From positions 109,554,001 to 109,618,000 of the forward strand of contig NC_042999.1 of the NCBI RefSeq assembly GCF_006345805.1: a stretch of 64,000 nucleotides of DNA. Reading direction: 5' to 3'. How positions within the stretch are numbered: position 1 is the first letter of the stretch; each line of letters opens with the position of its first letter. Made by a program: the position numbers and the translations under genes. Below, piece by piece: positions 51,155 to 64,000 of the stretch. The notes beneath the pieces are model-generated. The model saw only the letters and a list, made by a program, of their open reading frames with translations. It made no database searches and had not been told where the DNA came from. Source of the DNA: Octopus sinensis (taxonomy: Eukaryota).

Positions 51155-52290
51155 TGAGCTTCCACATTTAACTCATGAGATATTGGCCAATCCAATGACA
51201 CAGTGAAAGATGCTGCCAAGGATTGAACTCAGAACCACATGGTTTTGAAGCAAATTTCTGAATCACATGGCCATGCTTTGTTGGATAGATTTAAGTTAAT
51301 TTAACTATCTGGTTCAATAATGATTATCTATATTGGCATGAAGCAATACATTTGTAGAGATTAAATATAAAGTTCATAGAAATGTTCTTTGTACATCACT
51401 GGTATTTAATTTATTGATTCTAGGAAGAGATAGAAGTGAATACTGGAAGGATTTGAAATTAAAATCTAAACAACAGTAACTAAATATACAACTTATATGC
51501 ATGTATTCCAGTTGTCTAATCACAATAATATACATGTTTGATCTTATTTTATATCAAAATATTTTCAGCAAGTTCTACTTGTCTCTCTTTTTGAGTATCT
51601 ACCTTAACTTGAGGGCAACATGAGTTAATATATATCCTAATCCCACAAAGAGCCACCTCTCTGGCCTTGCTAGCCACTGATCTGTTGTTCTTATTTTGTT
51701 TATGGTAGCATTATTATGGTATTAAATTAACAGTCTTTATCCTGATGGACAGAATGTACTGTGACATTTGTTCAAGCTCTCTGTACACTGAGTTCAAATC
51801 CTGCCATTGGTTCACTTTGCTTTTCATCTCTTCAAGATTGATAAATAAATAAAGTACCAATTACTGGAGTCACTTAAATGATGGGATAAATAAAGGAGTG
51901 TTTAGGCTGGGCCTTACCCTTTCACTTCTACTCTATGGATGAACATGACATCACAAGCAAGCATTATATTCACTTCCAAAACTCAATGGTGATGGTGACA
52001 TAAACATTAATCATCTCCATTTCCTTCATCTTCATATCAATAACAATTAGTAAAAACTAAACCCACTGGTGGCATTTTCATCATTACACATGAGCTGTCT
52101 TTTCTTAAGGAATTTACAACAAAGCATTCATCCATATCTAACAATGTTGACCATCAATGGATTTTACCTATCTTCAGCTTTCAGATTGAAACTTACCTGC
52201 CAGACTGTTCTTCACCAGAATTGAAATTGTGTTTCTGGTCACCTTTTTAAACCAATACTGACACATTGGTATATAGATCGTCAAGCTTAA

Positions 52291-52511
52291 CTCTTTTCTT
52301 ACAATATTTGTGTTGCGAAGCTCTTTGTTTCTTTCAATTACTTTAAATATAACAAAGAATTTAGTAAAATAACTTAGTAATCATTAAGCTAGTGTTAGGA
52401 ACATAAATTGTGACTAAAGTTTGGTAGAAGATTTTAATTCAAAACTTTTGAAAACAAGACGTTTGTACTACAAATCCAGAGACAGTTTCAGCCAGGTTGG
52501 TAACGAAAGAG
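52291..52511. mobile_element. TTAA-flanked (piggyBac-like) MITE
   Basis: TTAA|CTCTTTTCTTACA ... GGTAACGAAAGAG|TTAA. Confidence 0.7.
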
Positions 52512-54273
52512 TTAAACATCAACTGCATGAATTTTCACAATTTGAAAGGACTAATTATGAACTAAACTATAATCTAAAACAAATATTAACATTCAGCCAT
52601 TCAGCCTTGCCAATAAGTTTACATCACATAAAAATATACATTTCCATTGATAACATAAAGAAAGCACAATCAAAATTCATCTTAACTGTGAAAGTTCTGG
52701 TCTTTCTTCATAAATTTTTACTATTAGATCAATTTTATACATTTGGAATTATGGATTACAAGACCAATTGGATGCTATGATATCAAAATTACTAAGAGTG
52801 GTTCATTTATCTAAAGTACAGTTATATATAAAATATGTTTAGATGTTAGCAATTGCAAATGCGTTGGTTTCTGTAATAGTTATAATCAGATCTTTGTAAG
52901 TTTTTGTTATATTGATGATACCCAAACTATTTATAGATTCTAACAAAAGAGCAAATTGCTTTGAGAAACTTTGAAGCAATTGTATTCAAAGTCTGTTAAA
53001 AAATAAACTAACCCATTAAAACAGCTCACCAGCCACCAAACACAGTATGAGTGCACCTATGATACTGTGTAGGGATAAAATTAACCTTCATTCCAATAAT
53101 GGTAATGTCACAGTTGTTGAGGGAGTGTTGTATATGTAATATAGAAATAAAATAAGTAAAACCTGAAAAGTATTTTGTTCTTTTCTTAATGTTTCTTTAA
53201 TTTCATTATTGTTTTGCCTTCTTTTACTTATTTATTTCTTGGATATATACCTATGTTACAATAAAGTAACATATTACTTATACCAGGCATAAAATATTTA
53301 CAAGTCTATCTAAGATGATGTAAACAATAATAGTCTCCTCTTACAGCTCTTTAAATTGCTTTCCCCTTCAATAATCTCCAATTCCATGAGCCAGAAGCAC
53401 TGAAGATCCATGTCATACCAGTATTATGATAATGATAAATGTTATATCAGAAAATATATTTATTTGTTAATTCTGTAAACTGTACATCACATACTGTATG
53501 GTATCTTCCATTTTGTAACATGTCCTCAAAGATCCAGCAATTTGAAGAATATAAATCTTCAAGGAAAATATTTTCTCAGTGAAATATAAAGTATTAATAA
53601 ATGACTAATATATATTATGCATTGATTAAAATAGATTCCAGGCATATGCTTCACAAGTTTGTAACATTTTAATAAGTATATTAAATCTAAATGCAGAAAA
53701 TATAAAAACATGTTTTAAGAAATATGACATTTACGGTATGAGGAAATCTTTTCATCTATTATAAAAATAAAAACATCATTAAAAGCAAATTTTATCCTAG
53801 CTTACATTTTTTGCAGATTTTTTTTCTCTTTTAATATTCTTTGTATAACTTCAAACAGACTGCATAAAGGGATACCCTATTACTGTAGGATAACAAAGAT
53901 ATAAATTTAAGCCTTTTCACCCTCAGTTCAAATGACTCTGGGTCTTTGGAAAAAGAAGTATTGAAGCAGAAAATAGATTCAAGAAAGAAAAGATTGAAGG
54001 GATAACGAAAAAAAAAAAAAGAAGATATTTGAAAACATGGAGAAATGTCAGGTTGGCTGATTGATTAGCAATTTATCGCCAGTTTCAGAGGGAGCTGATT
54101 TCTTCTCTATTGGCAGTTAAGCTTTGATTTTCCTGACTTAGCTGCTGCCAATTTGTGTTTTAGAATTGAAGTGCTATAAAATCACTCAGTTGATTCAGTG
54201 ACTTAAGCCTTACATCATTGACTTTATGTCGGCTTGTTAAGAAACAGCATGACAGAAGAGGAATCTGCTAGAA

Positions 54274-54333
<60 letters not shown>

Positions 54334-54962
54334 TGATTCATTAATATAATATACACAGTATCTGAATGAGTGAAAATAATATATTGAAGAAATTCTTTAA
54401 ATATTTCAAATGATACCATTATGGCTTAAAATCTAAATTGATAGCTGGTGTGTGTGTATGTGTGTGGAGGAAGCTATTTAGGTTTAGAATGAAAGGATCT
54501 TAAATGATGTATGTCTACATATTTTATTTCTGTTTTATTCCAGACAACAAGTACGTTTGATAAAATATGTTTTCCTTTTAGAATTGAGATATAGAATTAA
54601 TTTTTTTTCTTTTCTTAATCAGAAAGGTAAGAATCAGTGTTGTGAAATCGTTAGATATACTAGAAATTCTCTGATAAATTAATTATATTAATGCTATTTG
54701 ATAATGGTACATATTTTAAAATCTAGAAATTCTGAACCCAAAAGGGAAGTTATTATATAAATTCAATGTACAATATTGAGGTTTTTACTTTAAAATTTAA
54801 TAACCATGTCATTACTACATTCAGAAATAACTTCAATAAACTGCTATATTAGTTTGTTAAAAATTACAATACTGAAGCATCATGTGAAGGAGTTTACTGA
54901 CAGCAACACAAGTTGTTAAAAACAATCTCTTAAAGTTAGTTTAGCCAAGTGACATTTCATCA

Positions 54963-55163
54963 TAAACCTCTTGATCTGTTCTTTACATTAATCTATTTAT
55001 AAAATATCTGTTCTGTTTGTTAGTTGTACTGTCATCATCATCATCATCACTATCATCATTTAATGTCTGCTTTAAACGGTGATGATGATGATGAAAGCAC
55101 AACTAACAAACAGAATAGATATGTTATAAATAGATTAATGTAAAGAACAGATCAAGAGGTTTA
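54963..55163. repeat. Near-perfect ~200-bp fold-back
   Basis: Arms 54963-55048 / 55080-55163 with few mismatches. Confidence 0.92.
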
Positions 55164-55909
55164 GCTATTATAAATGAATCCAGTTGCTCTAGGTTTTGAG
55201 AGTGTTATACTGTAAGGCATCACAGGAAACCATTTTCCTCCATTTATTATTAAAGCTTGTTAGGAAGATGGTACAGTCAGGCTAACTAACATACTTAATG
55301 AAGTGAGCTACAAGAAAAAATTAATTAATTGAAATTATATCCATATTGATGAAGCAAATATCCCATTAACTTAACGATTAACTCTGGTCAAGAAAGATAG
55401 CAAAGAAACTTCAGTTATAATTAAAAATAGAATGCTGTGGGAAGTGAGTCTGATCTTAGCTGTTGAGTGGGACATCTTTTTTCTTTTATTAAACCTTTTC
55501 ATTGAAGCATGGAGCATAGAACATTCTGCTGAATCTTTTGATTAAGTTTTTGTTAGTGTTTTTAAAGGTTTCCATACATTCCAATTAGAAATTTGTTTCA
55601 ATTATTATATTTAGCCTTACTTTGTCCCCATTAATATTATTACTATCATCTTCATTCTCAATGTTCTGTAGTAATGTCTATTTTCCCATGCTATCATGGG
55701 TTGGATATGTCTTCAAATCAGAATCCCTCTTTATTATCTAACATTTGAAACACAGCAGTTTCAAGGCTTACCTGATTTGCTTTACCTGAATCTTCATTGA
55801 TCTTCTAACTGAAATATCCCCTGTTATAGACTCAGAGTTCTTTGTCCTCCACTCCCTCAACATATCCAGTCAATGTCACATGGTAAACATTTTTATTAAT
55901 GAATGCTGT

Positions 55910-56140
55910 TAAGGCAGCAGGCTGGAAGAATCATTAGCAGATCAGATGAAATACTTGCAGCATTTCTTTTGGACCTTTACATTTTGAGTTCAAATACTGC
56001 TGAGGCCAATTTCACCTTTAGAGCCAATAAAATAAAATACCAGTCATGAACTGGTGACAATGTAATTGATTACCCTCTCCCCAATTGTTTGACTCCCCTC
56101 TTCTCAATTGAGGATCTTGTGCCAAAATTCCAAACAATTA
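55910..56140 (+). mobile_element. SINE family B, degenerate
   Basis: aaggcagcaggctggaagaatc..gagttcaaat head. Confidence 0.75.
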
Positions 56141-58429
56141 ATGTGTAATTTCTTCAATTCACTTCCACTTTTCTTGTATTCAGATGTACTTCCATGGCGT
56201 CTGCAATGATGATTTGATGATAGATCCAGTTGTCAACTCATGTCCTAGCTGACCACATGCCTATGAGCCTAGCAGAATTCTTTAAGTTGATCTGAAAGGC
56301 AAAACGGGATTGCTTGTAATCATCCAAGTTCTTTTCTTGCAACTGTTCCATAAAAACTACTGTTGTACCATTGTTTGCAAAATCTGTTGAGTAGTTCTAG
56401 TCAGTTCTATTTAACCATAACAGACTGTATTCTTGGTATGCCTGGGGAATTTCATGTATTTCACTACAATGAATTAATGATATAACAGGAATGGGTAAAC
56501 CCCTGTTAGAACTAGGTCAAACTAAAAATAAATCAGCAATTTAGAATAAAGATTTGTTATGAGTGTAGAATAAATTTGTTTACTTAGAATTATTTTAAAG
56601 ATTTTTTATTTTTTACCATTAAGTGGTATATAAGTCAACATATATAGTTGAGTTTTATGTTTTGATGTATAATTAAAATGCTTGTAGGTCAATGTATAAT
56701 AGTTCTGGGTCTGTTGGTGGTCACAGTAAGAAATGTGTAAACATGTAGTATTTAAGCTAGATCTAACACAGTAGTTCTTTATGCATGAACAAAATAAAGG
56801 TAAATAATAACAGGTTGATGTATAATATGCACATTAAGAAATGTTATTTTTTGCAATATTAGGATGTACAAAAGGACCTTATTATTTTAAAAATAGGCCT
56901 GTTGCTGTGTTCAGTCTGTTTATGCTGTAAGCATTTATGACTTATTACAAAATGAGTGGTTAATTATAAAGAGTTAAAATTGTACAACATTAACGCTTTG
57001 AGAATTGTCACAGCAAAGCTTAATATTCTAATTAAAGCAATTGAATTGTGCAGCTATTTTCCTCCTGGTCAGCTTGATGGGCTCTGCAGCATGTAAATTT
57101 TGTGTCATAGATATATACAAACATACTTTCAAATAATTTAAGACTGAGGTATTTAATCATTTAAACAATTTTTATTAACATTAGGAACATTTACGTAACA
57201 ATGCCAGTTACCAGTCAGTGTTTCCTCATCATGGTCAGTGGCTTGTAATGAAAAATTGGATTCCTCCAATTAATATGGTGCGATATGTTGGAGATCATTG
57301 TTAGTATCATCAAAAGCTGACTCTTCAAAAGACAAATGAAAGCCAATATCCACTCAAGAAATGGACAACATGCTCTTGTCGCCTGTGTTGGCCATTTTGA
57401 AACTGATATGTTGTGATGTCATGCACCAATTTTGCTATTTACAATTAAACCAGAAATTGTGTTGATTGTTTTTGGATAGATGCTGAAATCGTTAACTTTA
57501 ACAATGAATATCTCACTTATTAATGCGCATTTGTTTAGAATTTTTTTTATTAACCAATTTTATTCATTTCAAAGTACAAAATAACACCAACATATATTAT
57601 GGATTCCTGGACACTGTAAGACATTATTTATACTTAACATATTGCAGCTTCCTTTATTTTCCTGACTGTTTTACTTAATATCTCAATACAGCTTCTTTAT
57701 TAGTTCTTCCAAACATTGCTAATGAGGTGACCCCAGTAGAACAGTCAGTTAATAAAACAATTTGAAACACTGGGAGTAAAAAATCTCTTTTTATCAATCC
57801 ATGTTATCCGTTATAATGGCTATAGAGGCTTCGTATATTGATTTGAAACAAATTGTGTTGAAACAATTTGAAAAAAATAGTGTTGAAATCCATAAGGAAA
57901 AAACCCTTAGTGTGTAATGAAATAAAGATAGTTTGATGGTGTCTATGACAGATCTGACTCCTATATGGAGAGATGCTGAATAGAAAAACAAACTTAAGCA
58001 AAAAAACACCTAGAAAATTGAGTACCATTATCTCTATTACAATATTGGAAGTGATAAGCTAGTTGCAAAAAATATCAGAGAAGTTGCTTTTCTTTGGGAA
58101 GGGAATGTTATTTGTTTTTGTGTATTAGGTTGGATAACAGCATGGAGAGAAAGCATGAAAAAATAGATGTTGATAGAAACCAACTCAGGATACAACGTTG
58201 GATAGCAGGTCAGGTGTGGGGACATGTACTGTTGCAGTGCAAAATGGCATTCACTATTTTTTGGTATATAGCTGGGTTCTCTCAGACAACCTGTTGAAAA
58301 GAGTCCCAGTCAGTTCCCATCTCTCCTCATCTGCCATGACTATGTGGCATGTGGTCAACCAACACGAGCTGTCAACCAGATCTTCAATGAAGAGAACATA
58401 GTAAGTAGGGTTTAATTTGGAAAATCGAG

Positions 58430-58740
58430 CATCATGGCTAAACAGTCTGAGATGGTGCTCCTGAATCATACAGCAACAGGTTGCATCCTGGTTTCTGAGT
58501 AGAGTTGTTGGTGGATGTGAAATGTAATCAATAGTAACCCATAATTATGCAAAGTATCCTGATACTAAAAGAGTTCAAGTAGCTCCTAATAGCTTTGGAT
58601 AGTGTCCAAGTCTCACAACTATAGAGTGGGACTGGAAGGACCAGGGACTTAATGACCTGAAATTTTGTTCTCTTGCTCAGATATTGGCAGTGCCAAATAG
58701 CCTCGCTCAGTGAGTCCACAACTGCAGCACCAGCTTACCC
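58430..58740 (-). pseudogene. Degenerate RTE-like RT C-terminal fragment
   Basis: IWHCQYLSKRTKFQVIKSLVLPVPLYSCETWTL..ILCIIMGY matches the LS..TK..Y..V.P.LLYGCETW motif. Confidence 0.75.
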
Positions 58741-58928
58741 AAGTCTTTTTTAGGACTTCAGACTTGCAACTAATAATGCTATGAATCTCACTGCTGAATT
58801 AAATGAGGCAGTCAACAACTTCAACAGGATACAAGAACTCAGGTATTTCATAGAGCTGGAATAACTACAAAAGTTTCCATACTTTGTAAACACATACACA
58901 AAGTGGTGAGGCAACAAGTTGGGATTAG

Positions 58929-58961
<33 letters not shown>

Positions 58962-60061
58962 CGGAAGAGAAGAGTGGATTAGAAAGAAAATTAGGCTGTG
59001 AGTCTTTTATATTTGGATGATATTTTTATCTCTTATTCCAACACTTCACATTCAGTTGTATCAGATTTTACAAGATTTTGTAGAGAGGATTAATATTTAA
59101 GAAATATCTATTTAAACCGACTGTCCAATTACATTGTTGGTTTTTAAGTATTTAAATAAAGAATAATTTTTCAGTGATGTGCTTAGTACGATTTTAAGAT
59201 ATCCTTTTCAGTTGCAGTAGTTTTGCAAGTTTGCTTTTATCTACTTCAACAAACAAATTAAAATTTTTTTTGTTTCTATTTTTTTTCTTTCTTTCATTGT
59301 AATTCTTTCAAAATATATAATATCTTAACATTCAGTTTCTCTGCCAAATCAATTAGCTTCAGAAGAATAAATAAAATTTTCAAAAATTTTACTAAATAAA
59401 AAATAACTTCAGAAGAAATTGTTGTGGTGTTTTCTTAACATATAACAAATAAATTGTTGTATTTTGTATTTTTATGACACTTGTTTGCAATTAAAAACAT
59501 CGGTTTCAATTGCTAAGAAAGGAATAAAAGTTGATAAAAATTATGTTTCTATTGTCTCCATTTCTTAGAAAATAGTGAGATATATTTTAAGCTGTATTAT
59601 TGTGAAAAAATAATATTTTTATATTATAACTGAATAAATTCATGATTAATAATCAGTAGATAAATTATTGAAGTTTTAATGCTTTTTCTTTCATATCAAA
59701 CTTAGTTTTAACCTTGAGAAATAAAATGTTTAAGAAAATGCAACAATTTTAATTTTCAATCATTATTTAAAGTAGAAAATGCGTAGAATGTTTGAATGTT
59801 TTTAGACAATGCAATGTGAATTGAAAAGCACCCATTTTGTGTATGTATCTAAGTGAATGTTTGTTTCCCCTTGTGTTGACGTTGTGTAAGGTTGGTAAAT
59901 GAGGTCTCCTTCATGTCTGCTATTCCAAGAAAATGTGTCTGGCTATGAAGAAAGATTTCCTTGCATGGAAACAGGTGAAGCCTGGTGACAAGAAGGACAT
60001 AGAAAATCTGCATCAAGTAAGCATGGAAAAATGGACATTAAAATAGTGGAGGTGGTGGTGA

Positions 60062-60093
<32 letters not shown>

Positions 60094-60119
60094 TCTTCTT
60101 TTTCTTCTTCCAATCAGAA

Positions 60120-60557
60120 CTCACGCCATTATCCACAAAGAATAATTTCTAATTCAAGCCTACTCTAAGCTACTAAGAATGCGTGTGGCAACTTGAAGAT
60201 CCACCCACCACACACGATAGACTGGCAGTTGCACGGGCACGAAAGCTATGTTGTTATCCTCATTCTGTAAATGGTGGCTTTTAACGGGTACAGAGGATTC
60301 GCAATCTAGACTAGGGTCTGAAAGTTTACCACACCATAGTGGGTTACACCATGGTTCCTCTGCTTTATGGCAGAAGTAGGAAGAAAGAGTGAGAGAAAGT
60401 TGTGGTGAAAGAGTATAGCGGACCCCTCCCCGCCCCGGAGCCTCGTGGAGCTTAGGTGTTTTGCTCAATAAACACCCACAATGCCCGGACCCGGAACTGA
60501 AACTGCGTTCTTACGACCGTGTGTCTGCTGCCCTAACCACCGGGCCATTGTGCCTCC
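60120..60557 (-). mobile_element. tRNA-derived SINE family C
   Basis: Reverse-complement head gaggcacaaTGGCCCGGTGGttagggc..GTTTCAGTTCC (A/B boxes); 3' boundary approximate. Confidence 0.7.
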
Positions 60558-60724
60558 ACTTGTTGCTGTTGGTGTTACTGCCACTTCTGCTGCTGCTGCT
60601 GCTGCTGATGATGATAATAATGATCTGTTTTCTTTGTGGATACTTCAGAAATTCAATTTCTAGAAATTTAAGTGAAGTGATTTTGAAAATTACTAATTTT
60701 TCAAATGCGGTATTGATCTCTAAT

Positions 60725-60916
60725 TGTAAAGGGAACATGTGGCAAGGGTAGACCCAGGAAAACATGGAACGAAGTGGTGAAAAAGGATCTACAGACGTTG
60801 GGACTCACAGAGGGGATGACAGAGGACCAAGTCTCTTCAGGTGGTCAGCTCCTGTCAAACCATGTAACCGATGCCAGCATGGAAAATGGACGATAAATGA
60901 CGATGATGATAATGAT
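60725..60916 (+). mobile_element. RTE C-terminus fused to 3' tail (internally deleted)
   Basis: GTCGKGRPRKTWNEVVKKDLQTLGLTEGMT followed directly by the catgg..(GAT)n tail. Confidence 0.85.
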
Positions 60917-61545
60917 GTTTTTATAGCTATTGACTGAAACATGCAAGTCTGATATGTGCAATATCATCACAGTTTTACTCAAGTTAATGAAGAATGTATT
61001 TTAGGGATGTTTTTTACATTTTACAGTTCAAATTAAGAGAAAGATTTTTACATCCTCAATAGCAATATTTCAGATTAAAATTTTTGTGGATAAAATTTTA
61101 GAGTAGAAAAATCAAAAAAATAAATACATTGTTAATAAAATTATTTGCTTATAATTTTTATCAAACTTATTGTAGAAGGGAAATTTCATCCTCTATATTC
61201 AGAGATAGCTCAGTACAAATGTTTCCATCAACAAATCCACATTTGAAAGATGGCCATTAAAAAAAAAATTGTTTATTTTTTAATGAATTTGGATATTTGA
61301 TACTGAGTTATTCGGATCTATATTCTGAATATATATATTTGCAAATCTGTATGAGTTAATAGCAATTAATCTGTTATAATAAAACTAATGTTTGCTTAGT
61401 GCATGAAGAACTTCAAACATTGTTTATTCACAATTTTAATTCAAGTAATTCCTCTCAAGAAAAACACTCTGGTCAGAAAATTAGATGGAATTTGTCAAGA
61501 TAACCATACTACTATGTTTAAATATGCAATTAAAGTTTTTGGCAT

Positions 61546-61602
<57 letters not shown>

Positions 61603-61608
61603 TTATAT

Positions 61609-61640
<32 letters not shown>

Positions 61641-61665
61641 CATGCATATATATATATGTACATAT

Positions 61666-61705
<40 letters not shown>

Positions 61706-62262
61706 AGCATAATAACTTTGTACATTGTTATTTGAATTTAATTCTGTTAATTATAAACAGATTTTTCATGCTGAAATTTCCAGTGATTTGAACTTCATCA
61801 CTATTGTAGGCTCCCTCTGCCACTGGGACAGGAGAGTTGCCAGATAACTGAATTTTCCAGATATCTGATCATCACTTTTTAAATTTACACAGCACCTAGC
61901 AAAACTCATTAAAATTTTCTATATACATCAGGATTATCATTAATATTTTGAATGTAGTAAAAATGCGAGACATAGAAAGAAATAAAAGAAATATTTAAGT
62001 AAAAAACGAGTTTTATTAACCTAACAAAATACAGGTGCTTTCAATGCAGTGAAATAAAATACTGTTCTGCACTTTAGGAAGAAATGGCCTACTCAGATAC
62101 AATAGAAACTTTGTTTTAATGACAATTAACTGATGCGAATTAACAGAAAGTCTTTTGACTTTAAAAAACACACATTTTCTGGGTGCTGATTGCTTGGGAG
62201 TTATGGTTATTTGAGTACTGTATCTATATCTTTTCAAATGTTTAAATTTTATTTTCATCAGT

Positions 62263-62312
<50 letters not shown>

Positions 62313-63493
62313 TCTAAGGATACTATTTTGCATGCACCATGTGTATAAGGTAGATGTATGTTGACGATTATGTTAATACCAAAGTCAAAACAATTCTCAG
62401 GGCTTTAAAATTGAGTAAATTATAGTATTTACTGTAAAATATGTTTTCATAATAGTTCTTATCAGATGAGACATGAGCTAGTTGCATATTTACTTTAGAT
62501 CAGAAATTTCAAAAGGCATTACACCAGATCTGTTGTTGCCTGCCAGTAAATATTTTTTTATTGCTTCATTTTTCAATAAATATTGTTTCACTGTGGCACT
62601 TGAATACATTCCTGCAACCTTGGCCCTTCCTTTAATCTAAAACAAAAGCATCCCAAATTATAAAAAAAAAATTAACTTTCTTATAATTTTCCTACCAAGA
62701 AAGCTAGTATTTTTATCCTTATAATTTAATTAAATTCAGTATTTGCCTTAAATCATTATCTTAATGTTTGATTATGAATTTAAAAAACGAAATAAAATAA
62801 AATAACAAAAACGAAAAGATATTTTAATTTGATTTGGATTTTTATCTTCCCAGCCCTATATTTTGAATTTGTACAGCTATAAGCAGAATTGTAACTACTT
62901 TCTAAAATATTTTTGCTCAATATGGTTTCATTGTTTACCCACAGAGTTCTTGCAAGCAATAATTCACTTAATGTTAATTATTTAATTGGTTTTATTTTGT
63001 AATTAAATAGAAAAAAATTAACCATTAATTGCATATTTAGCAATGTTTAAAACGGTTTTCACATTTATTTATATTTCTTAAACAAATTACTTATAGAGAA
63101 ATTAATTGGTTCATAAGCAGATCTGTGGGTAAATATTTATAAATTGCTATTTAGAGACTTTCACAACTTTTTTAAAAGATTGTTGTACATTTGTTAATAT
63201 ATTACTATTAGTGATATCCAAAGGCAAATGAATGTGCGATATTAGAAATAGATAATCTGTTCAGGAACAGACTAGATTTTATTCATTAAGGGAAGTTTTC
63301 TAAATTACTTTTGGATTTAGAAGTTATTCAAAGAAAATTAGTATCAAGCATAAACAATTATTGGTACAATAATTGTTTTCTTGATTTGCTATTAACAAAT
63401 CAAGAAAACTTAGTTAATATTTTGATGTAATTAATGCCACTGATGTTGAAAAAGAAAAAAATGTGAATGGTCAACAAGGCTTTTAAAATTGTC

Positions 63494-63536
<43 letters not shown>

Positions 63537-64000
63537 CCATTTAATTTTCGTGTTCCATGGGTGGGATTTCAGACAACTTTGTGTCTCCAATATAATTTGT
63601 AAGTTTTAAATGTCGCTTATTGTACTTTGGTTTAAAAAATAAAATATTCTCTATAATGTATCCTAACATGACAGTGTGATTATAGAGGAGATAACTAAAG
63701 TTTAAAATGAATAACCTGGCATATAATGTTTATTATAATTAATCAGCTTTCTGAAGCAGTAGTTGTCAATGTGAATAGTACTAAGGTAGAGGCTGATTTT
63801 TAGTTGGGCATTTCTTGTTATTTGTTATTTTAAAGACCACAGTCTCAGTTCAGAATAAAGGAGATTAAATAACTTACCAGTAGGCTGGTTGTGATACCAG
63901 TAATGCATAGAACCAAAGAAAGTACTCAAGTATGATAAATGTCTTGCAGGCTGGGTATAGTATCTGTGTATCATCACTTCTGTGGTGCAGTGGACAACAT

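Overview
AT-rich, repeat-dense eukaryotic intergenic or intronic DNA. The SINE families and microsatellite style look like an Octopus-type cephalopod genome (recognised from memory, not searched). I found no host exon. The only long ORF is a 5'-truncated RTE-clade non-LTR retrotransposon (APE + RT with a C4HC3 PHD-like finger inside the RT), present twice as a near-identical 4.54-kb tandem duplication. Other content: tRNA-derived SINEs (at least 3 families), RTE 3' tails, R4/Dong-type RLE fragments, hAT- and piggyBac-like MITEs, and microsatellites. The most interesting signal is a set of non-coding, (TA)n-embedded elements carrying type I hammerhead ribozymes (HHR). At 23071-25109 a 534-bp unit is repeated head-to-tail and then inverted, and three copies hold a complete HHR (stem I-CTGAGGA-stem II-GAAA-palindromic stem III-GTC). 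A diverged relative with covarying stems and the same fold-back layout lies at 43954-44540. Further HHR-like motifs occur at about 34346, 29217 (duplicated at 33758) and 4753. I infer a Penelope-like pseudo-LTR / retrozyme system that could release a 534-nt, possibly circular, RNA.
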